From Negativicutes bacterium (GTDB lineage: Bacteria > Bacillota > Negativicutes > UBA1444), in contig CAXXIN010000009.1 in the NCBI GenBank assembly GCA_963665275.2, forward strand, positions 32,001-96,000: a stretch of 64,000 bases of DNA. The letters run 5' to 3'. The translations under genes were made by a program, and so were the position numbers. The notes under the pieces were generated by a model. That model did not search any database, was not told the DNA's origin, and saw only the letters and a list, made by a program, of their open reading frames with translations. Every line of letters starts with the position of its first letter. Position 1 is the stretch's first letter. Below, one piece after another: positions 8,418-18,584 of the stretch.

Positions 8418-10286
8418 TTAAGAGCGTCGTTTGGGTTTTGAACGTTGCCCTGCCGGAGCACTTTCCAGATTGCGACGCTCGGTCCGTTCAGGACGCAACA
8501 GGCATCCCGGGCCAAAACCGATCAAATCACCCCGCCCAGCTTTTCGCAGCGCCAGCGCCACCATTCGACGATTTTTGGGATGCCGGTACTGTAAAAGTGC
8601 GCGCTGAGTCTGGCGCTGTTCGGTAGATTTCGGCACTTCGATCGGACGTCCCGTCACGGGATGTATTCCTGTATAATACATTACTGTTGAAAGGCTACCG
8701 GGAGTGGGGATGAATTCCTGCACCTGTTCCGGGTGATAACCGATATCGCGCAGAAACTCCGCCAGCTCGATAGCATCCTCCAGCGAACTGCCAGGATGCG
8801 AACACATCAGGTAAGGTACCAGATATTGTTTCTTTCCCAACCGCTCATTCTCTCTTTTAAAAGCCGCCAAAAATTTCAGAAACACCTCTTTACCGGATTT
8901 CTGCATCGCTTCGATCACTGGACGAGACACATGTTCCGGCGCGACTTTTAGCTGTCCACTGACATGATGCTCACAAAGTTCGGACAGAAATTCCTGGTAC
9001 TTGCCGGCCATCAGATAATCGTAACGAATCCCCGATCGGATAAAAACTTTCTTGATGCCGGGCAGCGCACGCACTTCCCTGAGCAGACGCAAGTAATCCG
9101 AATGGTCGGTATCAAGATTAGGGCAAGGTTTGGGGTAAAGACATTGCCGTTCGCGGCAGGCCCCCTCCTTCATTTGTCTGGAACAGGCAGAGTGACGGAA
9201 ATTGGCGGTAGGTCCGCCCACGTCATGAATATAGCCTTTGAAACCCGGCAATCGCGTCAAGAGCTGCGCCTCCTGAAGGATGGATTTATGGCTCCGTTGC
9301 TGGATGATGCGCCCCTGGTGCGAACCGATCGCACAAAATGAGCAGGCGCCAAAACAACCGCGATGGCTGGTGATGCTGAACTGAACTTCTTCGATGGCCG
9401 GAACACCGCCCGCCGCATCATAGTCTGGATGCCAGGTTCGTTCATAAGGCAGTGAATAAACCCGGTCCATCTCCCGCGTTTCCAACGGCAACGCTGGTGG
9501 ATTTTGCACCAGATAGCGATCGCCCTGTTGCTGAACCACTGCATGACCTCGGATAGGATCCTGCTCCAAATACTGGACTTTGAAAGCCGCTGCGTAATCA
9601 CTCTTGCTCGATGTAACCTGATCATGGGAAGGAACTTCAATGAAGCCCGCAGGCAAATTCTCAATGCTTCCCACCAGAAAACAAGTTCCCCGTACATCGC
9701 GAATTTGCGCCACGGGAGTTCCCGTTGCCAATTTAGCAGTAATCTCCAGAACTTGCGTTTCACCCATCCCATAGACCAACAGATCAGCGCGGCTGTCAAC
9801 CAAAATGGACCGACGCACGGAATCGGACCAGTAATCATAATGGGAAAATCGTCTGAGGCTGGCTTCAATTCCGCCGATCACCACCGGTACATCAGGCCAG
9901 CATTCCCGAACCCGATTGGCGTACACAATTGTCGCGCGATCCGGACGTAGTCCAGCCTGTCCGCCAGGTGAATAAGCATCTTTGCTGCGAATTTTTTTCG
10001 CAGCCGTTAGCTTGTTCAACATGGAATCCATATTACCGGCAGAAATCAGCACCGCCAGACGAGGATGCCCCAGAGCCTTGAAATCATTCGTATCCCGCCA
10101 GTTGGGCTGAGCTATGATGCCGACCCGAAAGCCTGCTTTTTCAAGCAAGCGGCATATGATCGCCGGGCCGAAGCTGGGATGATCAACGTAGGCATCGCCG
10201 CTGATGAATAGAAAATCCAGCTCGTCCCATCCGCGATTCCGCATATCTTCACTTGATACTGGCAAAAATCCACCTTTGGTTTTCAC
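8418..10286 (-). CDS. ygiQ: YgiQ/UPF0313 family radical SAM protein
   Basis: SGDAYVDHPSFG, GNMDSM, GGIEASLRR, RGCFGACSFC, DVGGPTAN, GQLKVAPEH. Confidence 0.9.
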   Translation of the reverse strand: MKTKGGFLPVSSEDMRNRGWDELDFLFISGDAYVDHPSFGPAIICRLLEKAGFRVGIIAQPNWRDTNDFKALGHPRLAVLISAGNMDSMLNKLTAAKKIRSKDAYSPGGQAGLRPDRATIVYANRVRECWPDVPVVIGGIEASLRRFSHYDYWSDSVRRSILVDSRADLLVYGMGETQVLEITAKLATGTPVAQIRDVRGTCFLVGSIENLPAGFIEVPSHDQVTSSKSDYAAAFKVQYLEQDPIRGHAVVQQQGDRYLVQNPPALPLETREMDRVYSLPYERTWHPDYDAAGGVPAIEEVQFSITSHRGCFGACSFCAIGSHQGRIIQQRSHKSILQEAQLLTRLPGFKGYIHDVGGPTANFRHSACSRQMKEGACRERQCLYPKPCPNLDTDHSDYLRLLREVRALPGIKKVFIRSGIRYDYLMAGKYQEFLSELCEHHVSGQLKVAPEHVSRPVIEAMQKSGKEVFLKFLAAFKRENERLGKKQYLVPYLMCSHPGSSLEDAIELAEFLRDIGYHPEQVQEFIPTPGSLSTVMYYTGIHPVTGRPIEVPKSTEQRQTQRALLQYRHPKNRRMVALALRKAGRGDLIGFGPGCLLRPERTERRNLESAPAGQRSKPKRRS

Positions 10287-10287
10287 G

Positions 10288-11208
10288 TCAGCGGTTTCCT
10301 CCCGGAGCGCCTGGCACAGGAGGTGTAGAGGGTTGTGTCTTCGGTTCCGGAATCGCAGGTGCTGCTGGAATGGAGGGATTGACCGGAGGTTGGGCGGGCA
10401 GGGCCGGCGTTGTGGTCTCAGCTGGAGCTGCAGGAGCTACCGGAGTGGCGGCAAGGCCCTTGGCTGTGAATGTTTTCACGACGACATCCCCTCGCTCCCC
10501 AATTTTCCCCACCGGCTGCCCATTGAATGTTAGCTCGACTGCACCGGCATTGCCAAAATTTACAACGATCTGACGCTCTGCATCCCACGTAAGCGTTTCT
10601 CCATTTTGCGGAATCCCTTCATAAAGAGTTTTTCCATCCGCAATAACAGACGTCCAGCAACGATCAATGAATCGCGCAGATAAAACGACTGGTCGCGAAA
10701 TGCCCGGCGGCAAGGTTGCAGTCGCCCCGGCAGAAGAATTCGAGGCTGGAAAAGATGCGGCAGAAATAGGTTTGGCCTGCGTCCCTGGCTTTTCCTGTGC
10801 AGTAATATTTTTTTGCGGCTGAGCTTGTTGCCACGAATACAGACTCCAGGCTGAGAGTATCAGAATCACTGCCACAAGCAAGGTGCTGAGTGCCTTCTTG
10901 TTCAAAACTCGTTGGATTGAGTTGTCGGATTTCGTTTTGTGTGACGCCGGCGGAGCCGCCGGAGTTGGCGCTCCGGTTGTCAGTGAATTGCTGTAAAGCT
11001 GAACCAGATGCGCTCCGTCCAATTCAAGGTAGTTGCCATAGTTTCTTATAAAGCCTTTAACATATACTTCTCCCGGAAGGACTTCATATTTTCCCTGCTC
11101 AAGCGCCTGCAGATATACACCGCGAATTCCGGTCGCCTGCTCAGCGTCCACAATTTCCAGCCCCTTTTTACGCCTTTCGGTATATAGCATGTTGCCGATC
11201 GTATCCAT
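10288..11208 (-). CDS. rodZ: RodZ-like protein (HTH, TM helix, DUF4115)
   Basis: N-terminal HTH_25 (LQALEQG...VYVKGFIRNYGNYL), one TM helix, CWTSVIADG...FGNAGAVELTFNG, and a Pro/Ala-rich tail. Confidence 0.85.
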   Translation of the reverse strand: MDTIGNMLYTERRKKGLEIVDAEQATGIRGVYLQALEQGKYEVLPGEVYVKGFIRNYGNYLELDGAHLVQLYSNSLTTGAPTPAAPPASHKTKSDNSIQRVLNKKALSTLLVAVILILSAWSLYSWQQAQPQKNITAQEKPGTQAKPISAASFPASNSSAGATATLPPGISRPVVLSARFIDRCWTSVIADGKTLYEGIPQNGETLTWDAERQIVVNFGNAGAVELTFNGQPVGKIGERGDVVVKTFTAKGLAATPVAPAAPAETTTPALPAQPPVNPSIPAAPAIPEPKTQPSTPPVPGAPGGNR

Positions 11209-11216
11209 AGTAATTT

Positions 11217-12269
11217 CTACCCCCTTTTGAGCCGGTCTATATAATGGGTGATCTCGTCAGCAGCCTGTTCAAGATCTTCGGCTTCCACCACCAACTCGAA
11301 TGAGTCAGGCGAGGCGGTTTCATACCCGTACAGAAGATCGTAGTAGTCGGTCAACAGAGTCTCCGTAAAAATGCTCAAGTTTCCAGTTTCATAATCCGTC
11401 ATAAGCTGTGTGACTTTCTTTTTGCCAAGTTTTTTGGTCAGAGATGTGATACTGCCGATAATTTCCGGATCATTCGGAGTCAATACGTCGGTATATTCGG
11501 CGATCAGACGTTCCACCCGTGTCGAAATACCCGCTTTTGTCAAGATTTTATGTCCGGACTGCATCGCCTGGTATAATACCTGGGGTAGATACACATTGCC
11601 AACCCGCTTACTTTCACATTCAACAAGTAGATACGGCTCCGAATTATAGTCTTCCAACAGTTGCAACAAGACTGCATCGAAATTTTGCGCAGTAGCAGAT
11701 TTTCCAAGTCCCACTTGCCCAAAAGCCGACCCGCGATGATTTGCCAGTTTCTCAAGGTCAATGACTGGATATCCTCGCTGGGCCAAAATTTGTAATAGAA
11801 TTGTTTTTCCAACCCCGGTGGATCCGCACAAAACGACCATCGTTGGCCGCAGGGGAAAATCCGCAAGTTTCGTCTGAACATAGCTGCGGTACGATTTATA
11901 TCCTCCAACAAGCTGTCTTCCCGTAATTCCCATCAATTCAAGGATTGTGAGCAACGATTTTGACCGCATACCGCCGCGCCAGCAATAGACTACCAGTACG
12001 GCTGATGGAGCTTCTGTCATCAGCGATGCGATTTTTTTCACCATGTCCGCCAACTTAAAGGAAACAATCTCCAGTCCTTTTTGCTTGGCTTCTTCCTGCC
12101 CTCGCTGCTTGTAAAGAGTTCCCACGACAGCGCGTTCATCGTCTTCCAGCAATGGTACGTTAACAGCGCCGGGAATATGCCCCTGTTCAAACTCGGCGGG
12201 TGAACGCGCATCAACTAAAACGCGAGCACCGAGGTTCAAGACTTCTTCAATTGAAATGACCTGCATCAA
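11217..12269 (-). CDS. selU: tRNA 2-selenouridine synthase
   Basis: Rhodanese domain (DARSPAEF, YCWRGGMRS) plus P-loop GSTGVGKT and ANHRGSAFG. Confidence 0.93.
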   Translation of the reverse strand: MMQVISIEEVLNLGARVLVDARSPAEFEQGHIPGAVNVPLLEDDERAVVGTLYKQRGQEEAKQKGLEIVSFKLADMVKKIASLMTEAPSAVLVVYCWRGGMRSKSLLTILELMGITGRQLVGGYKSYRSYVQTKLADFPLRPTMVVLCGSTGVGKTILLQILAQRGYPVIDLEKLANHRGSAFGQVGLGKSATAQNFDAVLLQLLEDYNSEPYLLVECESKRVGNVYLPQVLYQAMQSGHKILTKAGISTRVERLIAEYTDVLTPNDPEIIGSITSLTKKLGKKKVTQLMTDYETGNLSIFTETLLTDYYDLLYGYETASPDSFELVVEAEDLEQAADEITHYIDRLKRG

Positions 12270-12275
12270 TATCCC

Positions 12276-14498
12276 CTATACTTTATCGTTTTTTTGGAAA
12301 TAGCGACTGTAAACCTGATCTGAATTCATAATAACTTCCCGCGGCTTACTACCGTTCGCAGCAGAAACAATCTGCATCTCTTGCATCATATCAACTAAAC
12401 GTGCGGCGCGCGTGTACCCGATACGAAATTTTCGCTGCAGAAGAGATACCGAAGCCTGCCCCGTTTCCAGAACCATTTTTACGGAATCCTCCAACAGGTC
12501 ATCTTCAAACCGCGCCGTTTGACTTTGGGTTATAGTTTCCTCGAACAAGGGTACTTCCGGTTCATCCGGCGTCGTACAAGCATTTTTGATATGGCTGACA
12601 AGGGTTTCAATCTCCGAATCCGAGATATAGGCGCCTTGCAGTCGAAGTGGTTTGTTGGCGCCAACGGGGTAATACAACATATCGCCCTTGCCAAGCAATT
12701 TTTCTGCTCCCGCCATATCCAGAATCGTACGCGAATCGATCTGCGACGAAACAGCAAACGAAATCCGGGAAGGTATGTTTGCCTTGATGGTACCGGTAAT
12801 CACATCGACCGACGGCCGCTGTGTCGCTATCACCAAATGGATCCCGGATGCACGAGCCATCTGAGCCAGCCGGCAGATGGAATCCTCAACGTCCACTGGA
12901 GCAACCATCATCAAGTCCGCGAGTTCATCGATGATTACAACAATCAGTGGGAGTTTTTCTTCCAAATTGACTTCATTATAGCGAGTCACATCGCGAACTC
13001 CGGCAGCCGCGAACAACGCATAACGTCGTTCCATTTCTTGCACGGCCCATTTCAGGGCTGACGCCGCTTTTTTGGGTTCGGTTACCACGGGCGCGACCAA
13101 ATGTGGAATGCCATTGTAATTCGACAATTCAACAACCTTGGGATCCACCAATAAAAATTTGACCTGATCCGGATGCGCTCGGAACAATATGCTCGATATC
13201 AAAATGTTGATGCAAATGCTTTTGCCTGAACCCGTAGCGCCGGCAACCAACAGATGCGGCATCTTGGCAAGATCCGCCATGATCGCCTGTCCGGCGATAT
13301 CCTTTCCGAGAGCTACCGTCAACAAAGATCCAGCGGATTGATATTCTTCGCTTTCCAACACTTCCCGCAACGATACTCCGAAGGTTTCCTTGTTCGGAAC
13401 TTCAATTCCGATGACTGATTTACCTGGGATTGGCGCTTCAATACGAATGCTCGGAGCCGCCAGTTTCAATGCGATGTCATCGGATAAACTCACAATTCGG
13501 CTGATTTTCACTCCTGGCGCCGGCTCCAATTCATACCTTGTAACCGATGGACCCTGTGTCGCATGGACAACTCTTGCCTGAATGCCGAAACTGTCAAGCG
13601 TATGTTCCAAGGTCCGCGCGTGTTCTTCTATCTGCTTGTCCAAGCGGACATTACGGTTGCCCGTCGTCTTCTTGAGCAGAGACAAAGGCGGCGGTTTATA
13701 TTTGGAGCTCGAATGAAGCGTCATAGTAGGTTGCGCGGCAACTGGCTGAACTACGTCACGCGACAACGAAGGCATTTCGATCTTGGACTCCGGCAACTCC
13801 ACAATCGAAGCCAGCGGAGTGTCAAGCGGCAGGGGCTGGACCCGATGAAGCGGCTCATCTTTTTCTTGGTTATAAAAGGAAGTTTTCAACGGCGGTCGCA
13901 AGGTTTCACTCTGCAAAATCGAAGGGGTCGTCTTGATATTTGAAGGTTGAACCTTGTCCTTTTCGCTGCAACGAGGTTTTCGCAGCCAGCACAACGCCCC
14001 ATTTTTTATTTTGTCAATGAAAACAGACAGGGAAAATTCTGTCGCAATCAGCAACGCACAAACAATCCAGGCCCATAGAAAAATCGTGGTCCCATCCATT
14101 GCAAAAAAGCGGCGCAATATAAGAATGGTGAAACCACCAGCCAGCCCCCCACCGCCCGGCAGCTGCTCGGGCAGGATCTCCTGCCCGACACCCACCCAAT
14201 AGTGATGGTACAACGCCAGGGAGGCGAGATACACAAGCAGATAGCCCACAAATCGGCGGGAAAAAACGATATGGGAATGAGCCGTTACATAACGCAATCC
14301 CACAATAAATAATATGATGGCAATCCCGGCCGCGCCGACACCAAATCCATAACGGAGCACTTTTGCAGAAAAGTACCCGACTCGGCCAACGCTAAAGTCC
14401 AATAAGCCGGCCGCCAGCAAAAGTGAAAGTGCAATAATGAGCACACCAGAAATTTCAAATTTTGTTCCAGCGGAAGGCGGCGATTCCTTTTTTGGCAA
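12276..14498 (-). CDS. ftsK: DNA translocase FtsK/SpoIIIE
   Basis: N-terminal TM domain, PHLLVAGATGSGKS, IDELADLMM, ATQRPSVDV, and gamma domain (SLLQRKFRIGYTRAARL). Confidence 0.95.
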   Translation of the reverse strand: MPKKESPPSAGTKFEISGVLIIALSLLLAAGLLDFSVGRVGYFSAKVLRYGFGVGAAGIAIILFIVGLRYVTAHSHIVFSRRFVGYLLVYLASLALYHHYWVGVGQEILPEQLPGGGGLAGGFTILILRRFFAMDGTTIFLWAWIVCALLIATEFSLSVFIDKIKNGALCWLRKPRCSEKDKVQPSNIKTTPSILQSETLRPPLKTSFYNQEKDEPLHRVQPLPLDTPLASIVELPESKIEMPSLSRDVVQPVAAQPTMTLHSSSKYKPPPLSLLKKTTGNRNVRLDKQIEEHARTLEHTLDSFGIQARVVHATQGPSVTRYELEPAPGVKISRIVSLSDDIALKLAAPSIRIEAPIPGKSVIGIEVPNKETFGVSLREVLESEEYQSAGSLLTVALGKDIAGQAIMADLAKMPHLLVAGATGSGKSICINILISSILFRAHPDQVKFLLVDPKVVELSNYNGIPHLVAPVVTEPKKAASALKWAVQEMERRYALFAAAGVRDVTRYNEVNLEEKLPLIVVIIDELADLMMVAPVDVEDSICRLAQMARASGIHLVIATQRPSVDVITGTIKANIPSRISFAVSSQIDSRTILDMAGAEKLLGKGDMLYYPVGANKPLRLQGAYISDSEIETLVSHIKNACTTPDEPEVPLFEETITQSQTARFEDDLLEDSVKMVLETGQASVSLLQRKFRIGYTRAARLVDMMQEMQIVSAANGSKPREVIMNSDQVYSRYFQKNDKV

Positions 14499-14518
14499 TA
14501 AAATTCACCTCTATGCTG

Positions 14519-14547
14519 ATTTTCTACGCCAAACACAGAACTCCTGC
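14519..14547 (-). promoter_or_regulatory. Possible sigma-H-type promoter of ftsK
   Basis: Minus strand GCAGGAGTT-N11-GTAGAAAAT; one mismatch in the -10 core and a very short predicted leader. Confidence 0.35.
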
Positions 14548-14558
14548 CTAAGTGAAAG

Positions 14559-14583
14559 GGACCCGAGACAATGTCTCGGGTCC
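14559..14583 (-). terminator. Terminator-like hairpin after rnj
   Basis: Inverted repeat GGACCCGAGAC-AAT-GTCTCGGGTCC; the minus strand continues CTTTCACTT. Confidence 0.55.
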
Positions 14584-14586
14584 AGC

Positions 14587-16251
14587 TCAGACTTCCAGGA
14601 TGATCGGCATGATCATAGGGCGCCTGCGAGTCTTTTCGTACAGGAATTTCCCGAGGATATCCCGCACACTATTTTTTATCGTTCCCCAATCCGTTGAACC
14701 ATTAGCCTCGCATCGGTCCAGAGCTTCCTGTATTTTCATCCGGGCATCTTCCATCAATTTCTCCGATTCACGGACATAAACGAATCCGCGAGAAACGATT
14801 TCAGGGCCGGAAACGACACAGCCACTTGCCTTATCCATCGCAATCACAGCGATCAATATCCCATCCTGTGAAAGCTGGCGACGGTCCCTCATAACAATGT
14901 TGCCAATGTCGCCGACACCCAGACCATCTACGAGAACAGCCCCGGCGGTTACCTTCCCAGCCATCGCTCCAGATTCTGCAGTGAACTCCATTACGGACCC
15001 ATTATCGGCAATGAACACATTAGCCTTGGGGATCCCCAAATCCTGAGCGATTTTCGCATGCACCTTGAGCATTCTATATTCACCGTGAACAGGAATGAAA
15101 TAGGTCGGCCTGACAAGGTTCAGCATAAGCTTCAGTTCTTCCTGGCTACCATGACCTGAAACGTGAATTCCCGAAGAGGCTTCATATATAACATCAGCCC
15201 CTTGCCTGAAAAGATAGTCAACTGTGCGCGCGACCAACTTTTCATTCCCGGGAATCGGTGTTGCCGAGATCATTACCGTATCGCCGGGTACGATTTCAAC
15301 TTTCCGGTGATCAGACATCGCCATCCGAGTCAGAGCTGACATCGGCTCGCCTTGGCTGCCGGTGGTCAGAATAACGAGACGATTCGGCGGGTAGTTGTTG
15401 ATTTCCGAAATGTCTATCATCACACCGTCGGCTACCTTCAAATATCCCAGTTCAATGGCGATTCCAACGACATTGACCATGCTGCGGCCGATGATTGCAA
15501 CTTTTCGGCCATATTTGAATGCGGCATCAATGGCCTGTTGCAGGCGATGTACATTCGATGAAAAACTAGCGATAATGATCCGGCTTTGCGCAGACCGAAA
15601 CTTCTCGTCGAACGAAGCCCCAACAGATCGTTCGCTCTTGGTAAATCCCGGCCGCTCAGCGTTGGTACTGTCAGATAACATGACCAGCACTCCCTCGTCG
15701 CCAAGCTCGGCAAACCGGTTAAATCCGGTCACTTGACCATCCACGGGCGTATGGTCAATTTTAAAGTCACCAGTATGAAGCACTGTTCCTACCGGAGTTT
15801 TGATGTAAATGGCCACTGCATCAGCAATACTGTGATTGACGCGAATAAACCCGATGGTAAAGGGCCCGATTTTGAACTCGTCCCCCGGTTTAATCGGGTG
15901 AAGATCAGCAGTCGAAACGCCTTTCTCTTTCAAGCGACCCTGCAGAATCCCCAGAGCCAACGGGGTTCCATATACAGGAACCTCCAGTTCCTTGAGCACG
16001 AAAGGTAACGCGCCGATATGGTCTTCGTGACCATGCGTGATGAAGATCGCCCGAACCTTGTCCTTATTGTCGGACAGATACGAAAAATCAGGAATCACCA
16101 AGTCGATGCCCAACATATCGTCTTCCGGGAACATCAACCCGGCATCGATCACGATAATGTCGTCACCGTAACGGAATACGGTCATGTTTTTGCCGATTTC
16201 ACCCAGCCCGCCAAGCGGGATAATCTGCAATTTTTCAATTTGTTTGCCCAA
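14587..16251 (-). CDS. rnj: Ribonuclease J
   Basis: IIPLGGLGEIGKNM, THGHEDHIG metallo-beta-lactamase motif, HVSGH, RRRPMIMPIILEV. TTG start at 16251 after GGAGGTG. Confidence 0.95.
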   Translation of the reverse strand: MGKQIEKLQIIPLGGLGEIGKNMTVFRYGDDIIVIDAGLMFPEDDMLGIDLVIPDFSYLSDNKDKVRAIFITHGHEDHIGALPFVLKELEVPVYGTPLALGILQGRLKEKGVSTADLHPIKPGDEFKIGPFTIGFIRVNHSIADAVAIYIKTPVGTVLHTGDFKIDHTPVDGQVTGFNRFAELGDEGVLVMLSDSTNAERPGFTKSERSVGASFDEKFRSAQSRIIIASFSSNVHRLQQAIDAAFKYGRKVAIIGRSMVNVVGIAIELGYLKVADGVMIDISEINNYPPNRLVILTTGSQGEPMSALTRMAMSDHRKVEIVPGDTVMISATPIPGNEKLVARTVDYLFRQGADVIYEASSGIHVSGHGSQEELKLMLNLVRPTYFIPVHGEYRMLKVHAKIAQDLGIPKANVFIADNGSVMEFTAESGAMAGKVTAGAVLVDGLGVGDIGNIVMRDRRQLSQDGILIAVIAMDKASGCVVSGPEIVSRGFVYVRESEKLMEDARMKIQEALDRCEANGSTDWGTIKNSVRDILGKFLYEKTRRRPMIMPIILEV

Positions 16252-16370
16252 ACTTTCACCTCCAACTATTTTAATGCCGCGCACTGCATTCATAATATTA
16301 TAACTCAAAATCAAGTCGCCAACAACAGGGAAAGACTCCGCAAAACTTCGGATGTCAGGCTTCAAATAGA

Positions 16371-16403
16371 CAAAGGCAGCCTTCCCTTGCGAGTTAGCTG
16401 CCT
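16371..16403 (-). terminator. Terminator-like hairpin after dapA
   Basis: Minus strand AGGCAGC...GCTGCCT stem followed by TTGTCTATT. Confidence 0.45.
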
Positions 16404-16424
16404 AAACTTTATTGAAGCTGGTAA

Positions 16425-17309
16425 TTACATCTTGATTTTCAGGCTTTGCATCACAGCGCGCAGTTGCTCTGTTTCCGCCTGATTCGCGGGAATCATTGGC
16501 GGACGGAAGCCGCCGCCAGCCAATCCCATCAGATTGACGGCAGTTTTGATCGGAATCGGATTGGTGGTAACGAAAATCACCTTGAAGAAAGGCATTAGTT
16601 CAATGTGAATTTGCTGGGCTTTTTTCACGTCACCCGCAAAATAGGCTTCAATCATCTCCTGCATTCGTTCCGCCACCACATGACCGGCAACGCTGATAAT
16701 GCCGCAGCCGCCCACTGACAGGATTGGCAGCGTCAGGCTGTCATCACCGCTATATACATGGAAGCCGGGCTTGGCTGTGCGAACGATTTCAGAAACCTGC
16801 TCCAAAACGCCACTGGCTTCCTTAACCGCAACGATGTTCGGAATTTCCGACAATCTGGCAATTGTCGGTGGCAAAATGTTGGAGGCAGTCCTGCCTGGGA
16901 CATTATAGAGAATGATTGGCAATTTTGTTTCAGCGGCAATCATTTTAAAATGTTGATAAAAGCCTTCCTGCGGCGGCTTATTATAATAAGGCCCTACAAG
17001 CATGGCGCCATGCACGCCCAATTTTTCGGCTTCCTGAGTTAATCGGATCGACGCCAGGGTATCATTGGATCCGGTACCGGCAATAACTGTCGCCTTGTCG
17101 CCAACGGCTTCCAAAACCGTACTGAACAACTTCAGTTTCTCTTCCGCACTCATTGTAGCGGATTCGCCGGTGCTGCCTGCAACTACCAATCCATCATTTC
17201 CATGGGCCACGAGGTGTTTGGCCAGCGCTGCCGCCGCCGTATAGTTCACGCTGTAATCAGAATTAAAAGGGGTGATCATTGCAGTCAATACTCTACCAAA
17301 ATTCTTCAT
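16425..17309 (-). CDS. dapA: 4-hydroxy-tetrahydrodipicolinate synthase
   Basis: GSTGES, PYYNKP, YNVPGRT, AVKEASG, NPIPIK. Confidence 0.95.
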   Translation of the reverse strand: MKNFGRVLTAMITPFNSDYSVNYTAAAALAKHLVAHGNDGLVVAGSTGESATMSAEEKLKLFSTVLEAVGDKATVIAGTGSNDTLASIRLTQEAEKLGVHGAMLVGPYYNKPPQEGFYQHFKMIAAETKLPIILYNVPGRTASNILPPTIARLSEIPNIVAVKEASGVLEQVSEIVRTAKPGFHVYSGDDSLTLPILSVGGCGIISVAGHVVAERMQEMIEAYFAGDVKKAQQIHIELMPFFKVIFVTTNPIPIKTAVNLMGLAGGGFRPPMIPANQAETEQLRAVMQSLKIKM

Positions 17310-17353
17310 TCTCTCTTCCTCCTATCATTTATATTGAGCAAATCCATTTTGAC

Positions 17354-18574
17354 CTAATCGAGTCCAAATTGGCTGTGAAGGACGCTGACAGCTCTCTCCA
17401 TATACTGACCGTCGATCAGTGCAGAAATAGAGGTCTGGGAGTCGACTGTCTGCAGCAGCGGTATCTCTTTCAATGTCAACGCTTCGACAAAACTCGCCAT
17501 TACTCCGGGCACATCGCCCATCCCGCCGCCGACAACAGAAACCTTGGCGCAGTTTTTCAAGGTAGTAAGGCAATACCCGGCCTCGCTGAGGCGTTGCTGC
17601 GTTTCATGGGTATCCTCTTCCTGAACAGTGAACAACACCTGACGAGGCAAAATATTGATCAGATCCACGTTGATCCCACTATTCGCCAGAATTTTGAAGA
17701 TACGTGAGCTATCCGACTGGCCGTTTATTGGTGTAAGTTCAACTGTTACCTGCGTGATTTTCTTAACATAGGTTACACCCGTCGCTATCCGGTCAGATAT
17801 ACCTGTGTCACAGGTTTCCCCCGCCTGGGCGGATGTCGTGATCAAGGTTCCCGGTGCATCAGAAAATGTCGATTTGACCACTAACGGTATGCTTTTTTGC
17901 ATGGCAAATTCGACAGCTCGGGGGTGTATCACCTTGGCCCCCTGATAAGCCAGTTGGGACACCTCCGCGTAACTGATACGGTCCAAAAGATGAGCATGCG
18001 GCACCAAACGGGGATCTGCGGTCATAATACCATCGACATCGGTATAGATCTCAATCCGTTCAGCTGACAAGGCTGCTCCCAAGGCTGAAGCCGTAGTATC
18101 GCTGCCACCCCGTCCCAGTGTCGCAAGATCGCCTTCCGCCGTTACCCCCTGGAATCCGCAGACTACCGGCGTCTTCCCTGCTGCCAGTTCTTCCCGGATA
18201 CGTGACGGGTCCACTTTCAGGATTCTGGCGTTGCCGAACTGATTGTCAGTGAGAATACCGGCCTGTCCTCCTGTGAGTGCAACCGCATCAATTCCGCTTT
18301 CTTGAAGTGTCGAAGCCATGACAACAGCGGAAATCATTTCACCGCAGCCCATCATCATGTCGAGCTCACGACGGGAAAGGAAGGAATGTGCTTCCCGCGC
18401 CACTCCGATCAAAGTATCCGTCGCATATGGCTGACCGTTGCGCCCCATTGCGGAAATAACGACGACCGGCCGAAATCCCGATTCAAGAGCTTGATTGATT
18501 TTTTCTGTTGCAAGTTGACGATTTTCGGCCGTGGAAACAGAGGTTCCGCCGAATTTTTGGACCAGAATGCGCAT
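17354..18574 (-). CDS. dapG: Aspartate kinase (DapG type)
   Basis: MRILVQKFGGTSV, PYATDTL, TLGRGGSDTTA, GAKVIHPRAVE and ACT domains; ATG at 18574. Confidence 0.92.
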   Translation of the reverse strand: MRILVQKFGGTSVSTAENRQLATEKINQALESGFRPVVVISAMGRNGQPYATDTLIGVAREAHSFLSRRELDMMMGCGEMISAVVMASTLQESGIDAVALTGGQAGILTDNQFGNARILKVDPSRIREELAAGKTPVVCGFQGVTAEGDLATLGRGGSDTTASALGAALSAERIEIYTDVDGIMTADPRLVPHAHLLDRISYAEVSQLAYQGAKVIHPRAVEFAMQKSIPLVVKSTFSDAPGTLITTSAQAGETCDTGISDRIATGVTYVKKITQVTVELTPINGQSDSSRIFKILANSGINVDLINILPRQVLFTVQEEDTHETQQRLSEAGYCLTTLKNCAKVSVVGGGMGDVPGVMASFVEALTLKEIPLLQTVDSQTSISALIDGQYMERAVSVLHSQFGLD

Positions 18575-18584
18575 TCTTTCGCTC

